From Candidatus Omnitrophota bacterium (GTDB lineage Bacteria; Omnitrophota; Gorgyraeia; Zapsychrales; Aceulaceae), in assembly GCA_029564765.1 (NCBI GenBank), contig JAKQPK010000013.1, positions 125,753 to 189,752 on the forward strand: a stretch of DNA of 64,000 nt, in the 5' to 3' direction. Positions 1-9,699 of the stretch are shown in pieces. The notes under the pieces were generated by a model. That model saw only the letters and a list, made by a program, of their open reading frames with translations, was not told the DNA's origin and ran no database searches. Position 1 is the stretch's first letter; each line of letters begins with the position of its first letter. The position numbers and the translations under genes were made by a program.

Positions 1-1
1 A

Positions 2-499
2 GATCTCTATCAGGTCTTAGAGGTCTGGTATCCTTTTTATCGGCTGCGCGAGGAAGGGCACGATGTTGTCATTATTGGGACAGGAACAAAGAAACAATAT
101 GGCAGCAAGGAAGGCTATCCTGTGGATGTTCATTTTTCGATCGATCAAGTTGTTGCGACGGATTTTGACGCTGTGGTCATTCCAGGAGGATGGGCTCCGG
201 ATATCATGCGGCGTTATGAAAAAATGGTGATGTTTGTCCGCGACCTTTATCAACAAGGAAAGGTCGTCGCCTCGATCTGTCATGGTGGTTGGATGTTGGT
301 TTCTGCTGGCATTTTAAAAGGAAAGAAAGCGACAAGTTTTTATGCGATCAAAGATGACCTGATCGCGGCTGGCGCGCATTTTGAGGATAAGGAAGTCGTG
401 GTCGACAGTAATCTTATCACCTCGCGCAAGCCTGACGACTTGCCGCGATTCACTCAAGAGATCATTCAACAGCTCAAGGGACCATATGTTAAAAGTTAA
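2..499 (+). CDS. DJ-1/PfpI family protein (5' end lies upstream of the window)
   Basis: The reading frame is open from nt 2 and translates as 'VVIIGTGTKK...ICHGGWMLVSAGILKGKKATS'. The conserved Cys-His nucleophile elbow ('ICHG') is typical of the DJ-1/PfpI class I glutamine-amidotransferase-like fold. Confidence 0.7.
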   Translation, partial: DLYQVLEVWYPFYRLREEGHDVVIIGTGTKKQYGSKEGYPVDVHFSIDQVVATDFDAVVIPGGWAPDIMRRYEKMVMFVRDLYQQGKVVASICHGGWMLVSAGILKGKKATSFYAIKDDLIAAGAHFEDKEVVVDSNLITSRKPDDLPRFTQEIIQQLKGPYVKS

Positions 500-2042
500 G
501 CGTGTTTTGATCAGTGTTTCAGATAAAGCGGGCTTGGTGGATTTTGCCAAGGGGCTGAGATCGTTAGGCGTCGAGATCCTGTCTACGGGGGGGACCGCTA
601 AGTTGTTGCGTAGCGCGCATATGGATGTTCAGGAGGTTTCGGATTACACAGGATTTCCTGAGATGCTTGATGGACGCGTAAAAACTTTGCATCCGGCTAT
701 TCATGGCGGCCTTTTAGCTGTTCGCGATAATCCCCAGCACATGAAGCAAGTTGCCCAGCAGCATATTGGCCTGATCGATATGGTCGTTATCAATCTTTAT
801 CCGTTCGAGAAGGTTAGCCAGAAGCCAAGCGTTCATCTGGATGAGGCGATCGAGAATATCGATATTGGCGGCCCTGCGATGTTGCGTTCCGCTTCTAAGA
901 ATTTTAAACATGTCGCGGTTGTTTGTAATCCTGAAAGATATAAAATGATCCTGCAGGAGCTGAATAACAATAGCGGGATCCTATCCGACCGCTTACTTTT
1001 TACCCTTGCTGTTGAAGCTTTTGAGCATACGGCCCGTTATGATAGTATTATCCATCATTTTCTTGACCAACGTTTGCAGGGGGCTGATCTATCATCTTTG
1101 CCTAAAAGCCTCGCGTTTCATTTTACGAAAATCCAGGATTTGCGCTATGGAGAGAACCCTCATCAGCCGGCTGCCTTTTATAGGGATGCCGGAGTTCCTA
1201 CGGGTCTTGCAAAAATGAAGCAGCTCCACGGCAAAGAGTTGTCGTATAACAATATCCTTGATCTAAATAGCGCTGTTATGGCGATCAAGGATTTTTCGAA
1301 TCCTGCTGCTGTTGTGATCAAACATAATAATCCTGCCGGTCTCGCCGAGGACAAAAATCTGGCCAAGGCTTATCGAGCCGCGTTCGCCTGCGATCCTCTT
1401 TCTGCTTTTGGTGGCATTATTGGGCTGAATCGTTGTGTTGACCTTGCGACCGCAAGATTGATATCAAAAAGTGGCTTCATGGAGTGCGTGATCGCTCCAG
1501 GTTTTGCCGTTGATGCTTTGAAATTATTGAAAGAAAAAAAGAATGTGCGCATGATCGAACTTGATTTTAATGATCTGAAAGCGAATGATTTTGATTTTAA
1601 GAAAGTAAAAGGCGGATTACTTTTTCAGAAAGAAGACGATATTCAGCTTAGCGCCTTAGATGTAAAGGTCGTTTCCAAAGCAAAGCCGACAAAAGCGCAG
1701 ATGATGTCTTTGTTGTTCGCCTGGAAAGTCGTTAAGATCGTGAAGTCCAACGCTATTGTCCTTGCCAAGGGGTGCCGTGTCGTTGGTATCGGAGCTGGTC
1801 AGACGAGCAGGGTGGGAAGCGTGGAGATCGCGATCAAGAAAGCCGGCAAAAATGTACGCGGTGCTGTTTTGGCATCAGACGCATTCTTTCCGAAGGTCGA
1901 CAATATTCAGCTCGCTGCCAAGGCTGGAATCAAAGCGATCATTCACAGCGGCGGATCTATCGCTGATGAAGAGGTGATCCGTGAAGCTGATCGCAAAAAG
2001 CTTGTGCTGATCGCAACGGGCGTTCGTCATTTCAAGCACTGA
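486..2042 (+). CDS. purH: bifunctional AICAR formyltransferase / IMP cyclohydrolase
   Basis: The N-terminus 'MLKVKRVLISVSDKAGLVDFAKGLRSLGVEILSTGGTAKLL' is the conserved MGS-like start of PurH, and the 519-aa length fits. The upstream in-frame Met at 381 would overlap the preceding gene by more than 100 nt and is unlikely. Confidence 0.85.
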   Translation: MLKVKRVLISVSDKAGLVDFAKGLRSLGVEILSTGGTAKLLRSAHMDVQEVSDYTGFPEMLDGRVKTLHPAIHGGLLAVRDNPQHMKQVAQQHIGLIDMVVINLYPFEKVSQKPSVHLDEAIENIDIGGPAMLRSASKNFKHVAVVCNPERYKMILQELNNNSGILSDRLLFTLAVEAFEHTARYDSIIHHFLDQRLQGADLSSLPKSLAFHFTKIQDLRYGENPHQPAAFYRDAGVPTGLAKMKQLHGKELSYNNILDLNSAVMAIKDFSNPAAVVIKHNNPAGLAEDKNLAKAYRAAFACDPLSAFGGIIGLNRCVDLATARLISKSGFMECVIAPGFAVDALKLLKEKKNVRMIELDFNDLKANDFDFKKVKGGLLFQKEDDIQLSALDVKVVSKAKPTKAQMMSLLFAWKVVKIVKSNAIVLAKGCRVVGIGAGQTSRVGSVEIAIKKAGKNVRGAVLASDAFFPKVDNIQLAAKAGIKAIIHSGGSIADEEVIREADRKKLVLIATGVRHFKH

Positions 2043-2047
2043 TCTTC

Positions 2048-3421
2048 ATGGCTGACTTTGCTACAACTTATCTTCGCTCCTTTATCAATTATGAACATGG
2101 CAATATCCCTTCCGATTTAAAAGCATTTCAGTTAGATCACATTCAAAAGCTTTTAGATCGTTTAGGTGATCCTCATAAGGCCTATCCTGTTATTCACATT
2201 GTTGGCACAAAAGGAAAAGGTTCGACAGCGATCTTCTTGGCTTCAGTCTTGAGAGAGGCGGGTCTTAAGGTAGGCCTTTATACCTCGCCACATTTGTATG
2301 ACGTCAAGGAGCGCATTCGCGTTTTAGCGCCACAAGCTGCGCGCAGGCGGAAAGAAACAGCGTTCGAAGGAAAGATCTCTTGCTCGGCTTTCGAAAGGAT
2401 TCTTAAGATCCTTAAGCCTCAGATCGATCATATGCTTCAGAGAGAAGCACTTGGACAGATAACGTTTTTCGAGGTCGTGACAGCGACGGCATTTTATTTC
2501 TTTGCGCAACAACAGGTCGATGTTGCTGTCCTTGAGGCGGGATTGGGAGGGCGCCTTGACGCTACGAATGTTAGCGCTTCTGATCTATGTGTCATAACAC
2601 CTATCAGCCTTGATCACATGGCGCAACTGGGAAAAACCAGGCAAAGCATTGCTCGCGAAAAGAGCGCTATTATTAAGAAAAGTACACAGGCTATTTTTCT
2701 TTCGCAGCAAACCCCGCAGGTGAATAAGGTCATCTATCAGGTGGCAGAAAAGTATCAGACCCCTGTTTTTCAGGTTGGCTGTCAGATCCGTTGCCGTGTT
2801 TTGCGACAAGGCTTGGACAGGACATGTTTTTCTTTGCGCATGCAAGATAAAGAGTGGCTAAAGCTTCAGGTTCCTCTTTTGGGTTCTCATCAGGCTCAGA
2901 ATGCTAGCTTGGCGGTAAGCGTGGCTTGGCATTTTTTAAAACAAAAAGGCATACAAGCCCGTAAGGCTATTGAAAGAGGGCTCGCGAACGCTGTTTGGCC
3001 TGGGCGCTGCGAGATCGTGAACCACCGCCCATATGTTATTGTTGATAGCGCGCATAATGAGGATTCTATGAGAAAATTTTTATCATCCATCAAAACTCTA
3101 TTTCCGGGGCGCAAGGCATGGATCATTTTTGGAGCGTCGCATGACAAAAATATTTCCAGCATGCTGTCCATGTTGGTCCCGCACGCCAAGGCTATTTGTT
3201 TAACGCGCTCCCGTCATCCGCGCTCATTTGATTTTAACGGCAAGATCCGGATGTTTAGGTCCTGGCAGAAGAATCCCGCAATTTTCTCTACAGCATCAAA
3301 TTGTTCTATTGCTTTGCATCGTTTTTTGAAGAAAGCCAGAAAACAGGATATAATCTTAGCGACAGGCTCTGTTTTTATCGCCAGTGAAATACGAAAATAT
3401 GCACATACTACACGTAAATGA
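2048..3421 (+). CDS. folC: folylpolyglutamate synthase / dihydrofolate synthase (Mur ligase family)
   Basis: The P-loop 'VIHIVGTKGKGST' and 'YTSPHL' match Mur ligase/FolC motifs. The gene sits 5 nt downstream of purH. Confidence 0.8.
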   Translation: MADFATTYLRSFINYEHGNIPSDLKAFQLDHIQKLLDRLGDPHKAYPVIHIVGTKGKGSTAIFLASVLREAGLKVGLYTSPHLYDVKERIRVLAPQAARRRKETAFEGKISCSAFERILKILKPQIDHMLQREALGQITFFEVVTATAFYFFAQQQVDVAVLEAGLGGRLDATNVSASDLCVITPISLDHMAQLGKTRQSIAREKSAIIKKSTQAIFLSQQTPQVNKVIYQVAEKYQTPVFQVGCQIRCRVLRQGLDRTCFSLRMQDKEWLKLQVPLLGSHQAQNASLAVSVAWHFLKQKGIQARKAIERGLANAVWPGRCEIVNHRPYVIVDSAHNEDSMRKFLSSIKTLFPGRKAWIIFGASHDKNISSMLSMLVPHAKAICLTRSRHPRSFDFNGKIRMFRSWQKNPAIFSTASNCSIALHRFLKKARKQDIILATGSVFIASEIRKYAHTTRK

Positions 3422-4799
3422 TACGATCGCCGCGATCGCGACACCGTCCGGTGAAGGCGGCATAGGCATTGTCCGTGTGAGCGGCGCTAAATCTTTTGAG
3501 ATCGCGGATAAGATCTTTATTGGTCCGTCCTTGAAGAAGCCTTCTTGTTTTTCAACGCACACCGTTCATTATGGGCGCATTGCTGCTCAATCCCAAGACA
3601 CATTTAATTTTGTTGATGAAGTTCTTTTGATCCCGATGCGCGCTCCTAAGACGTATACCCGCGAAGATATGATAGAGATCCATTGTCACGGAGGTCTTGT
3701 AGCCGTTCGCGCGGTATTGAATCTTGTTTTACAGCAGGGTGCCCGGTTAGCAGAAAGAGGGGAATTCACGAAAAGAGCTTTTTTAAGTGGCCGTATCGAC
3801 TTAGCCCAGGCAGAAGCTATTTTGGACATCATTCAGGCAAAAACAGATATCTCGTTACGATCGAGCGTTCGTCAGCTCAAAGGTGAACTTACCCTGGAGC
3901 TTGAAGCTTTAAGAGAGAACTTGGCGGATATTTATACTCAACTGGAGGCGATCGTTAATTTTCCTGAAGATGATATCGACACAACAGAGTATGAGAGTTT
4001 GCAAGAAAAGAATCGTGAAGCTTGTGTGCGCGTGCGAACGCTTTTTGAGTCAGGGCAGGAAGGACGGATCTTGAAAGAAGGGGCTAAGGTCGTGATCTGC
4101 GGCAAACCGAATGTTGGAAAGTCTTCTATTCTAAACGTTTTGCTGCGTCAGCCGCGAGCGATCGTAAGCCCTCTGGCTGGGACGACTAGGGATACGATCG
4201 AAGAGCTAGCCCAGATCAATGATGTCCCTGTTCAGCTCGTAGACACGGCGGGTATCCTTCAGCCGCGGGATGCAGTTGAGCAGGAGGCCGTGCATCGTAG
4301 TCGTTTGAATATCGAAAGCGCTGATCTTGTTCTTTTTGTCCTTGATATTTCAGAAAAGGTGGATAAGAGAGATGAAGAGATCATAAGGGCCATTGAGAAA
4401 AAGAATGTGATCCTGGTCTTTAATAAAAGTGATCGTCCTGTGGTCTTGGACATTGAGGAAGTGCAAAGAAAGTTGCCTGAGTGTCGATCGGTCAGCATTT
4501 CCGCTCTGCAAAAGAGCAATATTGAGCAGCTAAAAGAACAGGTCGTCAGCAATCTTTTGCATGGACACCCTTTGGATCCCCACCGCCTTTTCATTCATAA
4601 TGCTCGTCAGCTAGAAGCGCTTAGTCAGTGCCTTCAGGCTCTTCTTCGCGCTCAAGAAGCTTTCTGTGAACAGATCCCCCCTGAGTTTATCGCTGAAGAA
4701 ATAAGAACGGCCATTCATTACCTTGACCAGATCACAGGCAAGGATATCAGCCAAGATATTTTAGAGAGGATCTTTGAATCGTTTTGTATTGGAAAATAG
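3384..4799 (+). CDS. mnmE: tRNA modification GTPase MnmE
   Basis: 'DTIAAIATPSGEGGIGIVRVSG' is present, with G-domain motifs 'GKPNVGKSS' and 'DTAG', and the invariant C-terminal 'CIGK'. An alternative start at Met 3399 is possible; either start overlaps the folC 3' end. Confidence 0.85.
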   Translation: MKYENMHILHVNDTIAAIATPSGEGGIGIVRVSGAKSFEIADKIFIGPSLKKPSCFSTHTVHYGRIAAQSQDTFNFVDEVLLIPMRAPKTYTREDMIEIHCHGGLVAVRAVLNLVLQQGARLAERGEFTKRAFLSGRIDLAQAEAILDIIQAKTDISLRSSVRQLKGELTLELEALRENLADIYTQLEAIVNFPEDDIDTTEYESLQEKNREACVRVRTLFESGQEGRILKEGAKVVICGKPNVGKSSILNVLLRQPRAIVSPLAGTTRDTIEELAQINDVPVQLVDTAGILQPRDAVEQEAVHRSRLNIESADLVLFVLDISEKVDKRDEEIIRAIEKKNVILVFNKSDRPVVLDIEEVQRKLPECRSVSISALQKSNIEQLKEQVVSNLLHGHPLDPHRLFIHNARQLEALSQCLQALLRAQEAFCEQIPPEFIAEEIRTAIHYLDQITGKDISQDILERIFESFCIGK

Positions 4800-4801
4800 C
4801 G

Positions 4802-5551
4802 TCAGAAGTTTTCTTTGAGCGTGTGGTTGTAAAGATCCAAAAGTTTTTGGACAAAGGCTTTGTCTTTCAGAAGAGCTTGGATCTTAGGATTAGCGATAAG
4901 GCGCGCGACATCTTTTTCTTCGATCAGCTTTGTGATCCTTTCATCTTGCAGAATGGCCTGTAATTTTTCGTCATAATAGATCGCTTGTATATTTTCATCA
5001 GGCATGGTCCTGTCACCTTGAGCGCCTTCTATGCTCGATGCAGTCGATTGCAATAATAGATCAGGCTGCTCATGTATTTTCTTTAACGCTTGATAGATCG
5101 GATAGCGAGAGAAAATCTTGGATTCAGCTAGCGTGTATGTCCAGGACTGCTCCGTGATCCTTTTTGCTTTTTTAAAGAAAGGCTTATCGACGCGGACCAT
5201 AACGAACAAGAACATGATCGACAGCATCAGCGACAATGACCAGCCAAAGCCGATCATGGCACCTAGTCCGCGGCTCAGTAAGTTGCAACGTTTGGTCTTG
5301 GTGATTATGCGGTTCCAAACAGAAAGGCCGATCCATAAAAGGATCGACAGGCCGGTAGATAGCAAAAAGAATATCTTTAAGCTTTCTAGGATGTCGTAGT
5401 TGCCTCGAAAAGATGTCAGGGCGATCTGGCTGCTGATCAACAGTGCCGCAAATGCCAAAGCAAAGCGCATGATACCCTGCACCCAGCCTAAGCAAGTAAA
5501 GTAAAGGACTGCGAGAATAACGACAATATCCGCTTGGTTCATTATATCCAT
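4802..5551 (-). CDS. CvpA-family membrane protein with a C-terminal soluble extension
   Basis: The N-terminus 'ADIVVILAVLYFTCLGWVQG' and four predicted TM helices resemble the CvpA (colicin V production) fold. The C-terminal ~100 aa are hydrophilic. Confidence 0.45.
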   Translation of the reverse strand: MDIMNQADIVVILAVLYFTCLGWVQGIMRFALAFAALLISSQIALTSFRGNYDILESLKIFFLLSTGLSILLWIGLSVWNRIITKTKRCNLLSRGLGAMIGFGWSLSLMLSIMFLFVMVRVDKPFFKKAKRITEQSWTYTLAESKIFSRYPIYQALKKIHEQPDLLLQSTASSIEGAQGDRTMPDENIQAIYYDEKLQAILQDERITKLIEEKDVARLIANPKIQALLKDKAFVQKLLDLYNHTLKENF

Positions 5552-5691
5552 ATATTAGCTCCGCTCACTTTCACTATAACTGAAACATTGTATCCAATCA
5601 AGAAGCAAACGCTTAATCTCTGCGAAGATGTGTTATGAGATTTCTTGGAAAGGATTATCAATTAGTCTATAATATAAAAAAAGGAGGGTGT

Positions 5692-6009
5692 ATGCGTGCT
5701 CATTATTTCATTATGGTTGCTGTTTTCTTGATAAGCGTTAGCGCTTGCAGCCAGATGCAAGTTGGCTACCTTTCTGCAAAAGCGATATCTGCTACCAATG
5801 CTGGAAATTTCGCCAAGGCAGAAGAGTTATATTTAAAGATCATAGAACTTGAGCCAAATGTTGCAGATCATCATTGGCAGCTTGCGGGTGTTTATATCGC
5901 TTCTCGACAGAAAGCAAAGGCCCAGAAAGAGATCCAAGTCTTGCGACGCCTGGGAAGGGATGATCTCGCGGATCAGCTTTTTATTATTATGAATAAGCCA
6001 GATGAATAG
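5692..6009 (+). CDS. small lipoprotein with a TPR-like helix pair
   Basis: The RBS 'AAGGAGGG' sits 5 nt before the ATG at 5692. The signal peptide carries the lipobox 'VSAC'. A possible -10 'TATAAT' lies at 5667-5672. The earlier Met at 5635 lacks an RBS. Confidence 0.5.
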   Translation: MRAHYFIMVAVFLISVSACSQMQVGYLSAKAISATNAGNFAKAEELYLKIIELEPNVADHHWQLAGVYIASRQKAKAQKEIQVLRRLGRDDLADQLFIIMNKPDE

Positions 6010-6011
6010 TT

Positions 6012-6275
6012 TTAGGGTGCTGCTTGGGGTGCTGTGATCATTGAAAATGCAAAATAAAGGATCAGCGCGACAAAGGGAATGGCAAGGAGGATGAGGACCG
6101 CTTGAACGATCTTGCTTGTTGTTTTCGAGGTTTTTATCTTTTTGTTACGGATTTCTATGGATTTCTGATGTTGTGCACGATACTCTTCAAGGCTGACCTG
6201 TTCCAAACCCTTTGGTAAAGGCTTTTTTTTCTGATCTTTAGGGGATATCTCTTCTTTGGTCATCGGGCTCATCAT
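6012..6275 (-). CDS. small hypothetical membrane protein with a basic N-terminus and a C-terminal TM helix
   Basis: Known only from the ORF track. It has one strongly hydrophobic segment, 'VQAVLILLAIPFVALILYFAF'. Confidence 0.3.
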   Translation of the reverse strand: MMSPMTKEEISPKDQKKKPLPKGLEQVSLEEYRAQHQKSIEIRNKKIKTSKTTSKIVQAVLILLAIPFVALILYFAFSMITAPQAAP

Positions 6276-6440
6276 CTTTCTGGAAAAGTGGAATTACTAT
6301 ATCATAAGCAAAAAAATGCTTCAATATGAATTATGGTATTTTTTCCGGTCAACACCTTGATTCCACCTAAGAGATGTGTTATATTTAGCTTAGCCACGAA
6401 GCCACGAAAGAATTTAAAACCACAAAAGGATGGTTAGTCT

Positions 6441-6761
6441 ATGAATAAGCGGGAAAATCCACGCTACGATTGTCGTGTTCCGCTCATGGATGAGCGCAGG
6501 GAAACCCTGAGCAGCAGCTACACTACAGATATTAGCCGCACAGGGGTTGGCTTCGTTTCAACACGATTCATTCCTGTTAATAGCAAGCTTATGGTCGAGA
6601 TCGCTTTAACTCGAGAGGAAAACCCGATGCTGGTTCAGGGACGGGTTCAATGGATCGAAAAGATCCCTCATTCGTCCAATTTCCGGATCGGAATGAATTT
6701 TTCAGATATTTCGTCAAATGCGCAATCGCGCATTGCAGAGCATTTTAGCGTTTCTGCTTAA
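6441..6761 (+). CDS. stand-alone PilZ domain protein (putative c-di-GMP receptor)
   Basis: It carries the 'RxxxR' motif ('RYDCR') and the 'DxSxxG' motif ('DISRTGVGF') that define c-di-GMP-binding PilZ domains. Confidence 0.7.
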   Translation: MNKRENPRYDCRVPLMDERRETLSSSYTTDISRTGVGFVSTRFIPVNSKLMVEIALTREENPMLVQGRVQWIEKIPHSSNFRIGMNFSDISSNAQSRIAEHFSVSA

Positions 6762-6793
6762 TATTTAAAAGCCACGGGGAAAGAGAATGCCCC

Positions 6794-7132
6794 TTGAAAA
6801 ATCGACTCAGTAGCAACCAGCGCCTTTTTGAACGCGTAGAGGTTCGTTTTCCTGCCCGCTTAAAGACTCTCCAAGCCTCTGAAGAGCGTGATATCGTTGT
6901 CAAAGATTTCTCTCCTGAAGGCATCAAGGTTCTTACGCACCAACGCCTTTCATTGTTTGATCGTCTGTCACTTTCATTGACGCCCATTGACGGATCCAAT
7001 CCCGTCCTCATGGATGGTTATGTCGTGTGGACAGGCAAGGATAACTCTGATAATTGGCATGCGGGGATCAAATTTAACCAAGTTGACCTGTTAAAAGCCA
7101 ACCGCATCATTGAATTTTGTCAGCGCTCTTGA
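6794..7132 (+). CDS. stand-alone PilZ domain protein (second copy)
   Basis: It carries 'RLFERVEVRF' (RxxxR) and 'DFSPEGIKV' (DxSxxG). It is a tandem paralogue of the preceding gene. Confidence 0.65.
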   Translation: MKNRLSSNQRLFERVEVRFPARLKTLQASEERDIVVKDFSPEGIKVLTHQRLSLFDRLSLSLTPIDGSNPVLMDGYVVWTGKDNSDNWHAGIKFNQVDLLKANRIIEFCQRS

Positions 7133-7243
7133 CAGATATCCAGAATCAGAAATAAAATCTTGACCAGCCCCCAAGCATCGTGTTAAACTCACTTCTCAAT
7201 TTATATTAAATATACAATTTAACCCCTCAACCCACTATTACAT

Positions 7244-9664
7244 ATGCAATACGGTCATTTTTCTTCAGATAGCACAGAGTACATTATCACTAATCCTCAG
7301 ACGCCTTTCCCGTGGATCAATTATTTAACCAACGATCATTACTGTTCCATCATCTCTCAATGTGCCGGTGGTTATAGTTTTTATCGCGATTGCCGTACCA
7401 ATCGCGTAACACGCTGGGCTCCGGAAAATTATAATTTTGATCGACCCGGTAAATATATCTTTTTGCGCGACGAGAATGGCAAGGCTTGGTCAGCGACCTA
7501 TCAGCCTATCCGCCAAAAACCTACATCCTACGCCTGTCATCACGGATTAGGATATACGACCATTCGCTCAAAGAATTTTGGTGTTTTATCCGAAGTGACC
7601 TATTTTGTTCCCGAGGACGATGATTGTGAGCTTTGGATCGTCACGCTGGAGAATACGACATCCAAGACGAAAAAGCTCGAAGTTTTTCCCTATGTTGAAT
7701 TCTTGCTGGGCGATTATCAGGAAGAGTTGCGCTATCGCAATATCATGAATCTTTATAATCGTATTTGGTTTGATAAAAAGCAAAAAGCGATCTTTGCCAA
7801 GAAAACAGCTCAATGGGCGGGCATGAACATTCAGCCGTTCTCAAGCTTGATCTTTTTTGCTTCTTCGCTGAACCCGCAAGGTGCCTGTACGCAGAAGAGA
7901 GCTTTTTTAGGTCGTTATAATAACGAGGAAAGACCACAAGCCGTCCTAGAAGGCAAATTCCAGGATTTTCATCTTTGCTCTGGCGAAGATGGCATAGGAT
8001 CTTTTAAGCATACTGTTACACTAAAACCTGGCCAGCGCATGGAGTTTACGGTTGTTTTGGGCCAGACAGAGAAATTAAGCACTCTTAAAAAGCGTCTGGT
8101 TAATTATAAAAGCGTTGCCTATGCTAAAAAAGAGCTCACCAAGACTAAAAATATTTGGCGTGAACGTATTGTGGGTAACATTGAGGTTCAAACACCCGAT
8201 AACGAATTCAATACGATCGTTAATGTTTGGCTTAAATATCAGATGTATATTTGTAATATTTGGTCCCGTTCTCCGAGCTTCTTCCATGAAGGATCCGGCG
8301 GGCGAGGCTACCGAGATTCCTGCCAGGATTCTGAATCCATTGTTTCCATCAATTCAGCCTTAACGAGAAAAAAGATCTTGAAGATCGCTTCTTTGATCCG
8401 TCGCGACGGGACATCCGCGCCAGGGTGGTCAGAGACAGTTGGGCCGCACAAATTTCTGCCGAACAAAGATCATCAAGTTTGGCTTACGGCGACTGTTTGT
8501 GCGTATATCAAAGAAACAGGGGATGTGGACATTTTATCGGAGCAGGTTCCGTATATTCGCGATAAGTGGGTTGGCGGCTGGCACGAAGATAAGAATTGGA
8601 AAGGCCCGGCCAAAGAAGATGGCACAGGAACCCTTTTAGAGCACTTAGAAAAGAATCTTAGTTTTTGTTTTTCTGATACAGGTGCGCGAGGATTTCCTCT
8701 GATCGGTCACGCGGATTGGAATGATGCGATCGATGCTGCTGGGATCAAGCATAAAGGGGATAGCGTATGGCTGGCCCAAGCCTTGGTACGGTCTTTGCGT
8801 TTATTCGTTGACCTGTGCGAATTTATTGGCGAAACAGAAAAAGCGCGTAAATATTGTCAGATGGCTGACGTGATGGATAAACGTGTTAACGACAAGGGCT
8901 GGGATGGGGAATGGTATTCGAGAGGGTTCGATGATAACGGCCAGGTTTACGGCAGTCGCAAAGATAAGGAAGGGAAGATCTTTTTAAATACGCAAGCTTG
9001 GGCCGTTCTTTCAGGCGTCGCTAAGGACAAAAGGCTTAAGACGGTATTAAAGAGTGTTGATAAATATCTTAACGGACCTCATGGGCTGGCATTGTTCTAT
9101 CCAGCTTTTACTTCGTGGGTTAAGCGTTTAGGGCGTATTAGCATGTTCTCAGAAGGCACAAAAGAGAATGCGGCTGTTTTTTGTCACGCGGCAACGTTTA
9201 TGGCTGTTGCGTACGCAATGATCGGGCATGGTGATAAGGCTTATGAGGCGATGAAAAAGGTCATGCCTAACGCCCAAAAGGACATGGAGCTTTACAAAAC
9301 AGAACCTTACGCTTACGCTGAATATCTTGTCGGTCCTGGGAACCCCTATCGTTATGGTGAAGGAGCGTTCACATGGATCACCGGTACTGCTGGCTGGAGT
9401 TTTATGGCTGCGACAGAATGGGTCCTAGGTGCCCGTCGAGATTTTAATGGCTTACGTATCGACCCCTCGATCCCTCATCACTGGAAAAAATGCTTCATTC
9501 GCCGTCCATTTCGGGGCAGTGTCTACGAGATCACGATCGAAAACCCCAAAGGCAAAGAACATGGCGTCCAGGCTGTCTTTTTAGACGGAAAAGAGCTTGA
9601 TACTAACTTGCTTCCGGCTCTTAATGACGGCAAAACGCATCGCGTTAGGGTTGTTTTAGGATAA
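7244..9664 (+). CDS. GH94 glycoside phosphorylase (cellobiose/cellodextrin phosphorylase-like)
   Basis: It is collinear along its whole length with the Cellvibrio gilvus cellobiose phosphorylase sequence as I recall it (no search was run). The N-terminus reads 'YGHF...EYIIT.P.TP.PWINYL'. Shared internal blocks include 'FFHEGSGGRGYRDSCQD', the catalytic region 'GFPLIGHADWNDAID', 'PHGLALFYPAF', 'GTKENAAVFCH', 'EPYAYAEY' and the C-terminal 'VYEITIENPKG'. Length is 806 aa. Confidence 0.85.
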   Translation: MQYGHFSSDSTEYIITNPQTPFPWINYLTNDHYCSIISQCAGGYSFYRDCRTNRVTRWAPENYNFDRPGKYIFLRDENGKAWSATYQPIRQKPTSYACHHGLGYTTIRSKNFGVLSEVTYFVPEDDDCELWIVTLENTTSKTKKLEVFPYVEFLLGDYQEELRYRNIMNLYNRIWFDKKQKAIFAKKTAQWAGMNIQPFSSLIFFASSLNPQGACTQKRAFLGRYNNEERPQAVLEGKFQDFHLCSGEDGIGSFKHTVTLKPGQRMEFTVVLGQTEKLSTLKKRLVNYKSVAYAKKELTKTKNIWRERIVGNIEVQTPDNEFNTIVNVWLKYQMYICNIWSRSPSFFHEGSGGRGYRDSCQDSESIVSINSALTRKKILKIASLIRRDGTSAPGWSETVGPHKFLPNKDHQVWLTATVCAYIKETGDVDILSEQVPYIRDKWVGGWHEDKNWKGPAKEDGTGTLLEHLEKNLSFCFSDTGARGFPLIGHADWNDAIDAAGIKHKGDSVWLAQALVRSLRLFVDLCEFIGETEKARKYCQMADVMDKRVNDKGWDGEWYSRGFDDNGQVYGSRKDKEGKIFLNTQAWAVLSGVAKDKRLKTVLKSVDKYLNGPHGLALFYPAFTSWVKRLGRISMFSEGTKENAAVFCHAATFMAVAYAMIGHGDKAYEAMKKVMPNAQKDMELYKTEPYAYAEYLVGPGNPYRYGEGAFTWITGTAGWSFMAATEWVLGARRDFNGLRIDPSIPHHWKKCFIRRPFRGSVYEITIENPKGKEHGVQAVFLDGKELDTNLLPALNDGKTHRVRVVLG

Positions 9665-9699
9665 CACCCTCTTTTCGTTTCTAGCTTAAGATCAAGATC

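Noticed and set aside
381-485. N-terminal extension of the purH ORF (track start at 381, 'MRIRKSWSTVILSPRAS...')
   Set aside because: It overlaps the 3' end of the DJ-1/PfpI gene by more than 100 nt in another frame. The conserved PurH N-terminus begins at the Met at 486.
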